Shown here piece by piece: positions 1 through 17,395 of a stretch of DNA of 64,000 nt (positions within the stretch are counted from its first letter, which is position 1; each line of letters opens with the position of its first letter). The DNA comes from Octopus vulgaris (taxonomy: Eukaryota): the NCBI GenBank assembly GCA_951406725.2, contig OX597814.1, positions 13,640,001-13,704,000 of the forward strand, written 5' to 3'. A program made the position numbers and the translations under genes. The notes below the pieces were generated by a model that ran no database searches, was not told the DNA's origin, and worked only from the letters and a program-made list of their open reading frames with translations.

Positions 1-526
1 CTAGTGCACGTAGAATATTCTCTATATCTGTGTTGTTTTCTAGGTTAGCTAAAGTAGTTTGTGAATGTCATATGTGAGATATTTCATATTGTGTTATTGT
101 TGCCTGTGTTGAGTTGGGACGGAACCTGCGTATTCCAATTATTCGTGACAGCTTCGGTAAATTTTCAGATACAGAAAGTTCTCTTTCGCGTTCAGATTTC
201 TTCCATCCTTTGTTCTATTTGACAGATATTATGATATATTCATGTCTATAAATAGAAGGGAATATTTCGCTATAAATATTGTTTAATGAAGAAGTAACGA
301 GATAATTATGGTTAATCTTTCATATGGCCATGCATCATTTGAATCATACTTTGGAGATTTAACAACATCGTCATCACTTCTAGTCTAAGTACCACGAAAT
401 ATCTCACGCATAAATACATACACCCATACATAAGTTAGAAAGAATAAGTAAATGAATACAAATTGAACCGGTGAGTGAGTTAAGTATAATAAGGCACTAA
501 ATGAGAATAAATCTCCCTAACACAAT

Positions 527-1915
<1,389 letters not shown>

Positions 1916-1987
1916 AAAATGCACTTACATTTGTAAAACACATAAATGTTTTTCAATAAATTTATTTACATATAGGCCAAAGTAATA

Positions 1988-3099
<1,112 letters not shown>

Positions 3100-4319
3100 G
3101 TCCGGATGTAGTTACTTTCTACTACTTACGGATTGCTATCTAAAGACTAATATGCGTGTGATATTTTTTTCGTTTTCAATCTTTAAGGATTTCATTTAAT
3201 AGCCATAGATCTTTCTTTAGTTCACATGTTTTGACGTGGTATTCTCTAAAACCCAATAATAATTAGATGTTATTTATAATATATGCTGTACTTTGTTTCA
3301 ACAAGTTCTTGTTTAATATTCACGCAAATTTCCTTTTTCCAGCATATTGAAACTAGTCTCTGCTTCATTCGTGTTTTGTAGCTTCTGTCGAAAGGTTTAG
3401 TCAAAATGTGGTGATTTATTTTCAATTGACTATACTAATTTTCTCAGCTCTGAATAATATAAGCACAGACAGGGAATGGCGATAGTGATACTAGCAATCC
3501 AAATGTTTTGAAGACATATCTCCAACTAATTTTGGAGTGTTAATTTAAAATTTTATACCCACTTTGTTCTGTCATGTCAAGATATTTCAAAAACTTACGT
3601 GTCAACTTTTTCAACATTTCCAGTGTTGTCACTATTTCTAAGGATAGGTGGTTTTGCTTCCTTAAATGCAGACACATGTGCGAATCTTCAAATAATACTG
3701 AAAACATGGTATTTCAATGAAAGTAAATGCAATTGCAAATGTGAAAAGTGAAGTTATGCTTATGTTATCTTAAGTATTTTCAATCTAATCATATTTAAAT
3801 GTCATGATGTCCATTATAAAATTAAATATTAAATAACACTTCTTTGTGGTACCTGACATCTCACACTTCTCACATTTATTTAATATGTTCTTTTATCTTC
3901 AGATATCCCCAAGCTGTTCTTGATTTAGAGTGACTCTTATTACAAACCGGGTGGGAAATGTTTTGTTGAAACTTTAATCATTCCTCATAAAAGTTGGTAT
4001 CTTAAATACAATTCTAATGTTGTAATTGTGAGCTCACATGTTTTAAGGTAAGTTTTGTTTCAAGCATGTTCAAAAACTGTAGAAAGGATTTCATGCAATG
4101 CAATTTATGGAACTTTGCCATCACCAATGTGTATATGCTTACTTTGCAACTGTTGGCAAGTCTGAGAATTTTTTCTCTGTGTGACACCTGGATTCTGTAT
4201 ATCTTTTGTATTTCAAAACTATATCCAGTTTTGAGAGAAGAATAATACCAAAACAGCTTTCACATCTTCTGCTATATTTGCGGATGTTTATCTGAGGAGA
4301 TATACCAAATCACACATAT

Positions 4320-4945
4320 TTGCATAAAAAGCTCATCTTACAATGGTATATATCTAGATGATCAAGACAAAGTTTGGACACTCCTTATAGTGCGTAGAAC
4401 GGAATTACTAAAGACATCTCCATCTTATGGAAGAGACTTGCTTTGCAGCCATATTTGACTGCAATAGCTATGTTGTCCTGAATTTACCGAACAGAATCAC
4501 TAGGATGAAAGTAAATATAACACCGAGAGAGTATCTGCTTCAAATACTTGGGCAGGAGGCTCCCAGACTTGTCTCGATAAAAAAGTAAGGTTAATGCGTT
4601 TTAGTTGCTGCAGATTAGGTGGCTATTGCCGGACAAGTAACTGTCGGTGTAATAGAAGCATGGAATGCTTTCACTACGGTTGTGTCTAATTTCCAGGGGA
4701 AAATGTTTGTACAGTTATGAAGAACTTGTGCAGACATTGTTAACGAGTTTTCGAACACTAGCCAGCAAAACGAGAGTAAATGGATATTTCCTGCTCAGTC
4801 ATCTGGATAACTTCTTTGAAAATTATAGTGTCAGTAGTACTGAACAAGGAGGGTGATTCCACCAACACATGACGACCATGGGGACTAGCAATCAATGCAG
4901 GTGAATCACAAACATGACGGATGGCTACTGCTTGTGTCAGCAATG
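4320..4945 (+). mobile_element. Chapaev3-like (CMC) transposase relic
   Basis: DDQDKVW near 4357 and YEELVQTLLTSF..YFLLSHLDNFFENYSVSSTEQGG*FHQHMTTM...NMTDGYC resemble the recalled HFLHSHLDxFPENLGAVSEEQGERFHQDI...MADYCW motif. Confidence 0.65.
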
Positions 4946-6981
4946 TTCTCTGCTTCAGTGGTTGAAACACCTCTCTGAGAGAAATATCTATCCTAATATG
5001 TGTAGTTTAACATCTTCAGTAATAAATATGCTAAAAGAAAACTATTGTTTAATCTGTGATATGTTCTCATTTATGTATTGCAATTAATTGTAAAATTGAC
5101 ATTTTTGGGTAAAAGAAAGAAGCACTGCACCACCAAATAAGACAGGACTAACTGTAACAGTTTTCGAATATTTTCCCCAATGTGATTTGAAATAACATTT
5201 AGTTCTTTTCAATACCTCTAATATTAACAGATATTGGACCTGAAAATTCTTTATGCTCCGCTATAATATTTATTCAATTATGTGAATATGAGTCATCCGT
5301 CCATCCTTGTTGCTGTACTTGTAGATCGAGTTGTATTAGAAAATTACCCCAAGAATTATTTTCTCCAAAATCTAATTGCATACTATCCACCATACACGAA
5401 AAAACGAAATCGATGCTGTATACCCAAGTCTAGTGCATGCTATCCGTATAACATGTTCTCCATTTCGTCAGGTATTCTTTACTCTGTCGTGTACAAGTTC
5501 AAAAATACTTTTCAATCACGTCTCTAAATAATGTTAATTCATAACATTTCATCTGTCAATATTTGAGGAATTTTAGAAGAAATACGTCGCCCCAAGATTC
5601 ATTCGCAAATTTAGAATTTCAAATTCTAAATTCCATGCCTGTTTAAATTCCTTTTCTGAACAAATTTGTACGTCTACATGCGTTACTCATTCTCCAACTT
5701 GAAGATATAAATGAACCCATTCATAAACGTTCCAAGCCAGTTGCAATATTTAATCACGTTTAATACAGAATTTATTATCATATTTTTTTTTGCGTTATCT
5801 GAGGTTTTTGGTATACCTCTCCGATCAGGCATACATTTCTGAGAAACACCGAGTTCTCTTGAAATTACACTCTTATTATTATCACATCTGTGTCATAATT
5901 TTCCATCTGAATGGTATGATTTTCTTTTGTGTCACCAAATGAATAAGAATTCTGAAGCCAAACTATCGGATTCTATTGGGATATTGCTTTATTTTAATTA
6001 ACTGTCAATATCTGTCCACAAAACTGAGATTTCTCTCGGCTTTTTTCCTGACATTTATATAATCGCTCTGATCGCTATAATTAATAAAAACGCTGAACGT
6101 CAATATAGTGTAACTAGAGTTATGCTTTTGCCGCATAATTAACTCTGGTTGCACCAGTTATCAATAGTGTTTATATTCAAGTCCTGCGTGTTGATGTGTT
6201 CTGCAATAGGAAGTGGCATCTATATTGTAAAGAAGTGAATATATTTTTGCGTAAATGCATATGCTCTGGTTGCTATTGAGAAATGTATGATGTAGATTGT
6301 AGCAAACTAAATATACAATGGCAGTGTCAATGTCTCGATGATAGTGAATATGGATTATTTGCAAGCTACTATTGGTATGAAGTGTAAATCAACACGCATA
6401 AATATAGGATGAAATATTCATGCGGTAAATGTTTAATTTACGAACGATATGGCCACTCACTTAACAATTTTGATGGGTTATCTGTAAGAAACAAGTGTCA
6501 ATTTGCATGCGAAATTTATTGAAAATTGAAGAATGATCCCACACATTTCAAAGCATAGTAATTTATTCAAGAATATATCAGTTAACCTTGATTTTGTAAG
6601 AGGTAATTGTGTCGTTCAACAGTAGACATTTTACAAGTTTTACAAGCACTGAAAATGAATTTAATGTCCCGCTGAATATATTTTAATTGCAATGCACTAA
6701 TGAAACAAGTTGAGTATCACTACGATATTGCTGGGTACTCAGCACTATTTGGTTAAGAAACTCACATTCCAAGCACATGAGCGTCACTTCAAGCATCACT
6801 TCGAGTACGTAACTCCTTTTATAGTCCCAGACCAGTCAATGCCATGGGAATATATTAGGTTAACGGAAAGTGTATTGAACTCCGTTATCAATACACACAC
6901 GTATATGTGTACATATATATAAAGAGATGGATTGATTGATAGACAGACAGATATATTGATAAATAGATATGCAGATAGAAA

Positions 6982-6984
<3 letters not shown>

Positions 6985-7031
<47 letters not shown>

Positions 7032-7207
7032 TGTGTTTGTGTGTGCGCTCAACCACTCCGCTTGAAAACCAGTGCTGGCTTGTGTACGTATTCGCACCTA
7101 GCGGTTCGGCAAAAAGACCAGTAGAATAAGTGCCGGACTTTAAAAAGCTAAATAATTACCGAGCTCGAATTGCTCGGCTAAAGTCCGTCAAGGCGTTGCT
7201 ACAGCAT
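6985..7207 (+). mobile_element. SINE family A 3' half with its (GT)n linker, decayed
   Basis: Matches 61790-61965 (GCTTGACAACC..TAGCGGTTCGGCAAAA..AGAATAAGT). Confidence 0.75.
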
Positions 7208-7639
7208 CTCTTATGTAGAAAACAATGACATCAGAATTTTGATTTAACATTTTTTCTTCATGTTTGCTTACATAATGCATATTAAATTCAGGGAAACCTT
7301 TCCTCTAACAGTATTTAAATCAAGTTAATTTTGCATCTGAAAGATAGATATATTTGCACCAAGTTCATAATTCCCACTCCGCTTTTCTATGTAAAAATTG
7401 TAGTGCATACATTTTTTTATTGCTGTTATTCAGAACCATTCTTTCGAGAATCCACCTGCGCCGTACACTAGAATACTAGCGACGCTATAATGCACCGATT
7501 CTCTTCTTTATACATATAGTATTAGCCTTTGTTGATCATCACTTCCTATTCATAGCAATACACCTGCCTCACAGTATCCTTCGCGTTCTTCTTGAAAAAG
7601 AATATTAAGCTTAATATTTTTTACATCTTCTAAAACGAT

Positions 7640-7850
7640 GCCCAGTCAGGATCGTTAGTGTGCCGAGTACAACACTTAGTGTCATTTCGTCTGTCCTTAC
7701 GTTGTGATTTCAAGTTCAGCCGATATCCGTTTTATCTTTCATCCTTTCAGGATCGATAAAATACAATTTGGGGGTTTGGAGGCGATGTAACCGACTGCAC
7801 CTTATCCTCCAGAATTGCTGGCTTTGTGTCAAAATTTAAAACCGATATTT
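7640..7850 (+). mobile_element. SINE family B, decayed
   Basis: CTTTCATCCTTTC.GG.TCGATAAA core shared with 16696-16924. Confidence 0.7.
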
Positions 7851-8849
7851 ATACATTTTTTGCGATATCAGTTTAGATAATCCAGGTAAAATGCAACAAG
7901 TCAGAAAATGGGACCGTTATTTTTAAGAGTTGATATTCAGTGTTGGGGATTATAATAGTTTCTTCTCGGTAGGGCAATCGAATATCGTTTCCAGTTGTTA
8001 TGACAGAAAGGAAAATCTGTATTTATGTGTATTTGTTAAAGCATATAATCTAGTGTTATTAATAGGTAATAAGTCGATTTCGATTTCATATAATATTCAT
8101 TGTCACACTTCGTGAATTGATACTTCGTTCTAAACTATGCTTACTTAAACGTAACTCCAATGCGAATAAATAAATTATTTTACATACTGTTCAATTGTTA
8201 TAATATCAATTTCAAAATGTTGGTATGCACTTACTCGAATTAAAATGTCAGAACAGTCTGTATTTCAATAATAAAAGTTAGAAACATTTTAAATTACTCG
8301 CTAAGCCTGTCACATAGAAAATATTTGCGTATATGCGTTTGAAGTTTGTTTAGAATCACATAACCTCAAATTATTCTGACAGTAATTTATTCGAACTCTT
8401 CACTTATGAGTGAAGCAACAGAATTTTCTGTTTATAGTAATACACGTTGCAAATGAGACATGTGACAGCTTTCGTTTGTGTGTAATACAATCATTTATGC
8501 GTAAAAGACCGTACATCAACACTTCACGTCAGATATGATTTAACTACACACACTTGGCACTACTGAAGGTGGTCATATGACAGGGATATACTTTCTCGTT
8601 TTTAATAAAGACATGCGAGGACGCAACATCATTTAGAATTTATTCAAAAAATGCAACTGAGTTTATAGCAAGAGACTCAGAGTTGCTATACATTACTTAT
8701 GCACTCTGCAACACCAGTCAGATTATTGATTTTTTCCACGATATTATTGACTAATAGCTACAGCAGATGAAGTAGAAGTGATTTCCTCTTTCTGAAACAT
8801 ATGTAAAGCCAAAATCTTGCTCATTAACAATCTTTGTCTACACGACATG

Positions 8850-9440
8850 TACCAGAGCGAAAATAAAATAAGTTGACAATTGTTCACCTTGAGAACAACC
8901 GCTATGATTTCAAAACTCGGTATCACCATCCAGAAAGGAAACTTGAGCTTTCTTATTAATTTAGAGGACATTTATAGCAGAAAGTGAAGTCTCAGGTATG
9001 TCATGTGCAACTAGAACCGACATAAGCCTTCCTCTTGATATGGCAGCAAGAGCCTTTTTGAACTTACTAAATGTTAGTACAAATTCTTTGATCTGATTCC
9101 TTCTGGTAGCCTGGGCAGCGTCAATATTTGTGAAATAATTAATCTGTTCTGTTTTAACAGATTCAGATTTTTTCTGAGTTTCGGGTCTTGGTATGGTTTT
9201 ATTCTGTTCATCAATATTCATTCTGATGAAGTAACTCCGATATAATTTGCTGTATATTCCGCTAGGTCACCACTCTTGGGAGATGCACGCCTCTTCTTTT
9301 CTCTCCATATATTCAATACATCTCCTTTGAAATTCCTCAAACAAATATTGAGCATCTCTTCGTTCATGCATTCTTTCCACACGAAGTGTACTATCCAAGC
9401 TTTTATCATTGTTGCTTGGTTTTAGACTTAGTTTCATTTT
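8850..9440 (-). pseudogene. Possible L7Ae-family (RPP38-like) intronless pseudogene
   Basis: Frameshifted minus-strand pieces KSLDS/HFVWKECMNEE/DAQYLFEEF, RRNQIKEFVLTFSKFKKALAAISRGRLMSVLVAHDIP and KFPFWMVIPSFEIIAVVLKV parallel recalled RPP38 segments. Confidence 0.4.
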
Positions 9441-10289
9441 CCACTTTTTGTAATGTTAAATGACCAATATCCCAATATCAATGGGAAGTGGGTATACTAT
9501 TTTGTCCATATTTCCTTAAGCTAGCGAAGCAGGCTGTCCAATTTTCTTAACAAAATGCTCCTTCCATAATTAACTTTTTCCGTGGGATTTTCAGATTTTA
9601 TCTTAACGTGGTTGATTTAATTTATTCCAGTTATTGTGTTGATAACACTCTATCTAATTTTAGAAATTTTATCCAATAAGGGAAAGCAAATTTTCAAAAT
9701 GAAGATAGTATGGACATGCAAAGTTTAGTTCATATGGACTTACAAAATTTCACTGTTACGTTTTATGTTTAATTTGTATCTGAGTAATGTATGAATGCTT
9801 CTCCTACATGTTTGTGAAAGCAACTACTAAAGTATTGATTAGTTGGTCAGGACTAATATTTAGCAATTAATGTTTCTTATCTTAAGTATGTTATTTTAGA
9901 GCATAAATAATATACAGTGCACGTACACAATTTGAGTTCAGTCAAAGTATATCAATTATAAAAACAATCTTTATTGAAATATTGCAAGTAATATGTTTAG
10001 TAAGACGTAGTAGAACATCAAACTTATGACTTTTGACTTAATTTAGTAAAAGAAGTATATTACAATTTAAAACAAATCGTCTACAAATGGGTATTTCAGT
10101 ACCGTTTTCTCTCTGCCTTCCCATTTCACACTCTCTCTCTCTCTAAATATATATTTGTGAGTGGGAAGTGTCACATGGACCATGATTACTCCGACTATCG
10201 TATTTTGTTATAAATTGCGAGTCACAAGGTTCTCTTTGAGTTTTCTTCATGTATTAGCTTTAGAATGACTCCACTCTGGCGGCTAAGAC

Positions 10290-10470
10290 AGCAGGCCGAC
10301 ATTCTTCCCGGCCGAAATTCTAGCTCGTCGCGGTGATATCAATTAATAGTTAAGTAGGCTGGAGCAACATGCAATGAAGTGTTTTACAGAAGTATGCATC
10401 ATACTGTTCGGTCCCGGAATCGAACCAACAATCTCGCGATCAGGAGTGCGACATCCTAACCATTTCCACA
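10290..10470 (-). mobile_element. tRNA-derived SINE, decayed
   Basis: Reverse-strand B box (GGAATCGAACC on +) and CTGGAGCAAC..ATGAAGTG body; related to 23342-23615. Confidence 0.6.
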
Positions 10471-11298
10471 CGTCTACATGTTTGTGTAAATCACTTTCAC
10501 TATGACTGTTTTAATATGCTGTTATGGTCTACTACATGAGATATAATATGAATTTAAAATTTCAATATAAATATGATTGCAGAATTAAGCTATACTATAT
10601 ATTTTCTAAATCCTGGCAGATATAAATGAAATTATTTTTACTATTAATAGAAATGCAAAATATAAGTGATGATGAATCATTATCGAAAACATTTTCTTCA
10701 TCTCAACTGACGTGTGTTTGTATATCTTTGTAGCGTAAAAGTTTGTAACAATATGGGATAAGAAATTGCAAGTAGCTACCTCAATTTTGCTACAATCTGC
10801 AAATTATCCCATGACGTATGTTGTTCAACCATCTATATACGGAAATCATGATTAACTATTAATAAATAGATCTGAGGCGAGTATAACAGCGAAGAATGAA
10901 ACGGATAATTCGGTATAATAAGCAAGCCATCATTAAAATGGAAAACCTGGAAGAGATACACAAGAAATATGAGATTTGGCCAAATAATCCGAAACCAATA
11001 ACTGAAATTCGGAATGGGCCCGTAGGAGTGATAACAGTGCGTTAACTCATAAGCAGATGTAAACTTTATTGCAAGGCAGCATGATATTTTCTATTAAACT
11101 TTAATACTGATCGTTATATAATAGACACACACTGGCCTGTATCACGAAAAAATTGTCACAAATTTATAATTGATGACTGAATACGTAAAACATTATATAC
11201 GCACAAATCCAAAACTAATGGGTATTTCGTTGGAAACTATGAGCACGCACTTGCTTAAAAAGTACTTAGGTACTTCTAAAGGGGACCTGAGAGGAAGT

Positions 11299-11660
11299 GT
11301 AGGTGGGGCTGTATGGTAAGAAGCATGCTTCCCAACCACACGTCTCCGAGTTCACTCCCTCTTCGTGGCACCTTCAGCGAATGTATTCTGCTATAGCCTC
11401 GGGCTGACCATAGCGTTTTGAGTGAAAAAGTCCGTCGTATATATGTGTGTGTTAGTATCAGTGTTCCTCACCTTTGTGCCCGCTTGACCACCGGTGATAG
11501 TGCGTTTACATCACCGTAACTTCGCAACGCAGCAAAATAGGCTGATAGAATAGGTACCTGGTTAAGAAAATAAGAACTAGAGTTGCTTCTAAAACGAAAT
11601 CAAGGTGGTGCCCCAGCATGGCTGCAGTCTAATGAGTGAAACAAATAAAGGATACAAGAT
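11299..11660 (+). mobile_element. SINE family A, old copy
   Basis: Head GGCTGTATGGTAAGAAGCATGCTTCCCAACCAC, CTGCTATAGCCTCGGGCTGACC, tail CCCAGCATGGCTGCAGTC..GAAACAA. Confidence 0.8.
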
Positions 11661-14600
11661 AATGATTTTATCTTCCTTGTTTCATATTTCTCTCGGGTGT
11701 AGCGGGGCGATTTTTCTAAAGATGATTGTGTATCACCTCAAACTGCTTGGCTTGCTATTTGCCACTGTACGGGAGTCCAGCTACAGCGTTATGTTTTATT
11801 ATCTCCTTGATTGGATTTATTCATAATCAATCTTTGATTTTGCTGACACACTATAGATATGAATCATCAATGTAACAAAAGATCTTATTTATAACATTTT
11901 CTCCTTTACAAAAACAAATGTACGTACAACTTTGGAAAACAACAAGGAAAAAGAAAATTGTGTGTCTAAATTATAAAAGAAATATGTTGGTCTGAATCTT
12001 TGAAAACAATTCACTGAATAATTGAAGTGTACTTTAAGCGGAAAAGACAAAGTTTGAGAATTATCGAAGGAGGTAACGTATACAAAATTTGAAAGACGAA
12101 AGAAATACATCCAGAAGCTTGCGAACTAGTAAAACATATTCGGAATGAGTGCAGAAGTACTATTATAACTTTCAAAACTCTGCAGTAATGGATATTGAAA
12201 TAGACACAATTCATTTACTTTTTATTATATATTTTAGAAGTTACAAGAAATCAATGTTGTATTTCTTTATATTTATATCACTTATTCAGAGATGCAGCTG
12301 AGTTTATAAAGCAAGGCCACGCTTGTTTTAGAACTAGCAAAAAAATCTGCTGTATGAAATGATATATGAACAATCAACTCAGACAACAGCTAACAATATT
12401 TTCACAGATAATTTTGCATGAATAGGCACTGACATTTAAATCCTGTTTTGAAAAATTTGATTTGTGCTATATTTCTGATAATCTTTTGTTTAACCCCTGT
12501 AACAAGAAATCATTATATGAAACCATGGAGGACTCCATGTGAAAAAAAAGAGAGAGAGAGAGAGAGTAGTTCATGTCTTTCTATTTAGCCTGTTTAATTT
12601 GTTGTTCGAGTGAAAGGAATTTAAGTGGACTCATTCTTACATACTGTATGAGTGATTATCAGTTTTGGATACATTTTCCTCTCTCTTATCTACAATTTTC
12701 GGTGGCCTGAAAACGTTCATAGGCATTGCTATGCTGATTCCTGTTTACTATTTGTACTGCTCCAGTTGATGTAGTTTCTGTTCCTTTTTTTTCTTTTGCT
12801 TGTCTGTCAGGTTTGCCTCCACTACGTTTTTAAAATTGCTAGCTCTCCGGAAGGAACAGACAAGATATGCAATGTAAAATTGTGAATATGGAAGTAACTC
12901 ATGATCATGATGTCCGTTGCCAATTAGTTGCAAGCCTGTCATCAATTTCCAAAGGAATACATATTTGTGGTGTAGTCAAAGGCGTGTATGTCGGCACTTG
13001 AGGAAGTTTGCCTTTGCTGTTAAACGATATGGCGGGCTGCTAGGTTCTGCTTCAGTATTGTTCACCGGTGGTCCGGAAATAGGATGAGGTAAAGGTCATA
13101 GATATGGCACAAGATGCAGCTTCCCTGAAACTCTGGTTAGAAAGGCAAGGGCACTTCTGCTTTTGTTCATCACTTCGATGAGAGGCTTTGCCATAGTTTC
13201 TACCTGACTGGTTGAAGCTTCTGTTTTTATGTTTCCAAAGGGAAAGGGTCTGTTGCATTTCTGAAGTGTTCCTTCTCGCCTTTCTTCCTCACTCGTCAGT
13301 ACTTATTGCAATCAAAAACGGGATTGCGTCCACTAGTGCTGATTTTACGAATACGTATTCCACGTTTTCTGGGCGGTTTCATTCAGTAATTAATAAACGC
13401 TTATACAGAAAGAACGTGATATGAATTCAAACGCGAGATAGCTGTATGTACCTTAAGCCCGAAATCTTTTACACACCTGCCGTGTAATAATCGATATATC
13501 ATTACATCGTTTCATTCTTTTAGGAAGATAAAATAATATGTGTACATACAGAATTGCAAAATCACGCACCCGCGCATATTCCTACTCACAAACACACACA
13601 GAGTATACATACCCAAATGCACATATGAAAACGTTAAATAAATTGACGGAAGTAGCTGGCTTATTAGATTTTTATATTTTATATGTCTCAAACATGAATT
13701 CATATTATTGTATCATTAATGCTTTATCTGAATTGAGCACCAAGATGTATTAATCTTAATACACTATAGCTTAGTATTCCATCGCATCTTCAATGCCTAG
13801 AATTTATTTAAAATCGAAAGCAGATATGTGGTGAATAATAGTATTTAATTCCATAATCCAATCCAACACATCTCATTTGATTTGGAAATACAATTCTAAA
13901 AGTGTATAATACAATATTCCCCAAATGGTAATCTGTTACCTTAAGAAATGTATCATCAATGTACTTATATTTCTTAAGATATCTTCGTGTATGTTGGGGT
14001 AAGTCAGTGAATGAATGGATAACTATCTGAACCAGTGATGGGATTGTTTGTGTATATATCATAGACCGATCAGTCACAGACGAAGGCTTTTGTCGTAGAT
14101 TGGAACGCCCAAAGAGAATGCTGACATATGCATAAGACTGCGAAACGAAATATGTTTGCAACAGGTAATTGCAAGGATTATTTTGATTTGCATTCATACA
14201 AGGTTTATATTCATGTATAAGTATATTTAAATATTGGCAAATCAAGAGTGACCGACACAGTATTTAATGACATTAGAATTTCACTTAGATGTTTCATTTA
14301 GAAAAAAGAATTCTTTGATTGTGTCATGAACTAGTGGTGACCATTTTACTTGCCACACTCCAACAGATTTATGAGTTAAAATCCCATTGGTGAACGTTTT
14401 CATATTATCGATAGATAATATCAAATTATCAAAGAATATCTGTAATTGATTGAAGTGTTTGTTTTCGAGAAATGGCTTTCAAACAATTTAACAAGTGATT
14501 GATTAAGTAAAGCTGGTATATTGGATGTCACGAACTTGTACACTGTGGGAATAGAAAATCATAAATAAGCATAAAATATTTGCAATCAATTTATTGCTAT

Positions 14601-16590
14601 AATATAATATAAGCATAATCCTCTCCAATATAGTTCGATTGCTAATATAGCTTTTTCAGTAATGCGATGTCTTTTATTCTTCCGATATATTACTTTCTCC
14701 TTCTGTAATCATAATTGCTGTCGTAGACGATGGCTGAAACAAAGAGCAACAAAAGTAACCATGTGAACGATGGACTCTTCTTGTTCCTGAAAAACTGGAC
14801 GCAGATTTGCAAGCTGCTATTCGTTAATGAATTTCATATATCTGTTACTACAGCTAATGTTCTTCAAATTGATTACTCACGTTGCGCTTTAATACAGGCA
14901 ATGTGACACACATTTTTATTTGTAATTTAATTCATAAGCCTTGACACGAAGACAAATAAGTTGTCATTAGAGCTATGAATTCAAAGAACTACGCAGAACA
15001 AGAAACTGAAATTTAAAAATCTTGGTGGGTGACATTAACAGGGAAATGTAACGCCATAATTGTACAAAGAAGGACAGCAGAAAATTCGCCAAATTCTTGA
15101 TGAAAGATAGCAAAGGAGGTAAGTGTAGATGATATACATGGTCTTTCTTCCTGAAATAGATACCTAAAGTTACTGTAAGTATAGGAACATGCATGCACAT
15201 AAACACTCTTAAGCACATATATAAATATATATATATGCTCACGTGAAAATATATACTTATGTGTATATGTATGTACATACAATTTTAGCCAAAACATTTG
15301 CCCTACATAACGTCGGAGATACAATAGTACCTGCCGGTAAATAATTGAGTAATCAAGTGTGTTAATCTTCTGAAAAAATATGCATCTGATATGTTGATAT
15401 TCATTAAATTAAGAAAGAGAAAAATTTTAGCAATTTTCTGTTTCCAACAAGATTTGAAATGGTCATTATTCATAGAAACCGATGTTTCCTATTTCTATAA
15501 TGCAATTTGTTTCTCGACACTCATGAGTCATACAGGAATTTGAAGTCGTATAAATCTTGGAAGAATTATATTGAAATTACTTTTGTAAACTAAATTTCAC
15601 TTGACATTTAAGTGTGCACAAGGATCAAAAGCATATAAATTGTTTTATGGAAAGCTTTATGTAATAAAAGTGAGACAAAATCCTTCTTTTGTCAACTAGA
15701 TATAACATTTAGTTTCTGATATCATTATTATACAAATGTGTTCATTCAACAAAATTAAATGAAAAAATTAGGATATATATATATATATGCCCCAGCATGG
15801 CCACAACTCGTGAGCTGAAACTATAATCAATCAATCAATCATATAATTCTGAATACTTAGATCATTAAATAATTGAGTTGGCACTAAAATATTAAATATT
15901 TTATCTTGAAATAATGGAATAATAATACCACGCATTTTTCCGCTTAGGATTATATTTTGTAAGTGTTTTTCTATAATATTTAAATACATGAAATGAACGA
16001 TTACGTATATTTGGAGTCATGTTGATAAAATACATGAAATATTTGAAGGTAACAATCGGACATAAACAGGTATGACAGGCTGAGATAATTGTCCCAATAT
16101 TGTTTACAATTAGCTCATGAACAGGAAAGAGTCATATATAAGATGTGAAGAAAAACATCAGCGTTAAGCGTAAACAGCACAACAATATTTGCCCTTACTA
16201 TCGCCGTTGGCACTATTGTTTTATTCTTTGTTTTTGGAAACATAACATCAACCTTGATTCAACAGAAATATGGTGAAGGAAATGTAACTGTTAATGTATG
16301 AATTTTCTTTCTGGCCTAATGTAAACGTCAACTTGCACATTTCTTTGTAACTTAACGCACTGTTTTAATATACACAACGTATAGGAGTGAGGAGATAATG
16401 TTAATCCTTACTTCATGCATGCCAATCGCACAAGTAGCGATTATGTCTTTGATTCGTTATGAATATGGTTATTCTATTGAAATGCTTCCAGTTAATATCG
16501 GATTAAGAGATGAAGAATCTAGCATTCACTAATTATAAACTTAGGCTAAAATTAATAGATAATGTACATTATAACATTAATATAATCTAG

Positions 16591-17050
16591 GGCACGGAGC
16601 TGCCAGAATAAACAGTACACCGGGCAAAATGCTTAGCTGCATTTCAACCATCTTTACCTTCTATTTTCCAATGCCGCTGCGGTAGGCTTAGCTCTAGGCG
16701 AGCTGGCAGAAACGTTAGCACACCGGGCGAAATGCTTAGAGGTATTTCGTCTGCTGCTACGTTCTGAGTTCAAATACCGCTTAGGTCGACTTTGCCTTTC
16801 ATCCTTTCGGGGTCGATTAAATAAGTACCAGTTACGCACTAGGTTCGATATAATCGACTTAATCCGTGTGTCTGCCCTCGTTTATCCTCTCTGAGTTTAG
16901 CCTCTAGTGGGTAGTAAAGAAATAGGTAGGCTTAGCTCTTTATCATTTAAGGTTCGATAAAATAAGTACAAGTTCAGTATGGAAATCAATGTAGTCGAAT
17001 ATCTCCCAACCCGAAATTGCTGGCCTCCTGACAAGGTTTGAAACCAATCT
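16591..17050 (+). mobile_element. Old SINE family B interrupted by a younger family B copy (16696-16924)
   Basis: 15-bp TSD GGTAGGCTTAGCTCT at 16681-16695 and 16925-16939. Confidence 0.88.
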
Positions 17051-17342
17051 TAGCATACTCTTACATTGCTGGGAAAAGTGAAAGGTAGTATATCTCAGTA
17101 GCAACTGAGTAATCACTTTTCGATTTATGAGATTAAACATGAAAATAAATTACTTTTTAGAAACATATTTTCTTGTCCTTTGTAATCAGGATATTATGTG
17201 TGTAGATCAATCACTGTGAAAAGCAAACGAATGACAGCAAAATTACTTATGTGTGTGTGCGTGTATGCAAGTATGTATGTGTCTATACATACACACACAC
17301 CCATGCACATAAATACGTATACATGTAATAATATGCATATGC

Positions 17343-17395
<53 letters not shown>

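Noticed and set aside
100-400. Possible GIY-YIG C-terminal relic on the minus strand
   Set aside because: Only scattered residues match; not enough evidence.
13808-14245. 145-aa ORF with possible splice sites
   Set aside because: No recognisable motif; plausible splice signals occur on both strands, so no exon call is supportable.
14973-15324. Overlapping ~100-aa ORFs near an AG/GTAAGT site
   Set aside because: Partly low complexity, with no recognisable product or linked exon.
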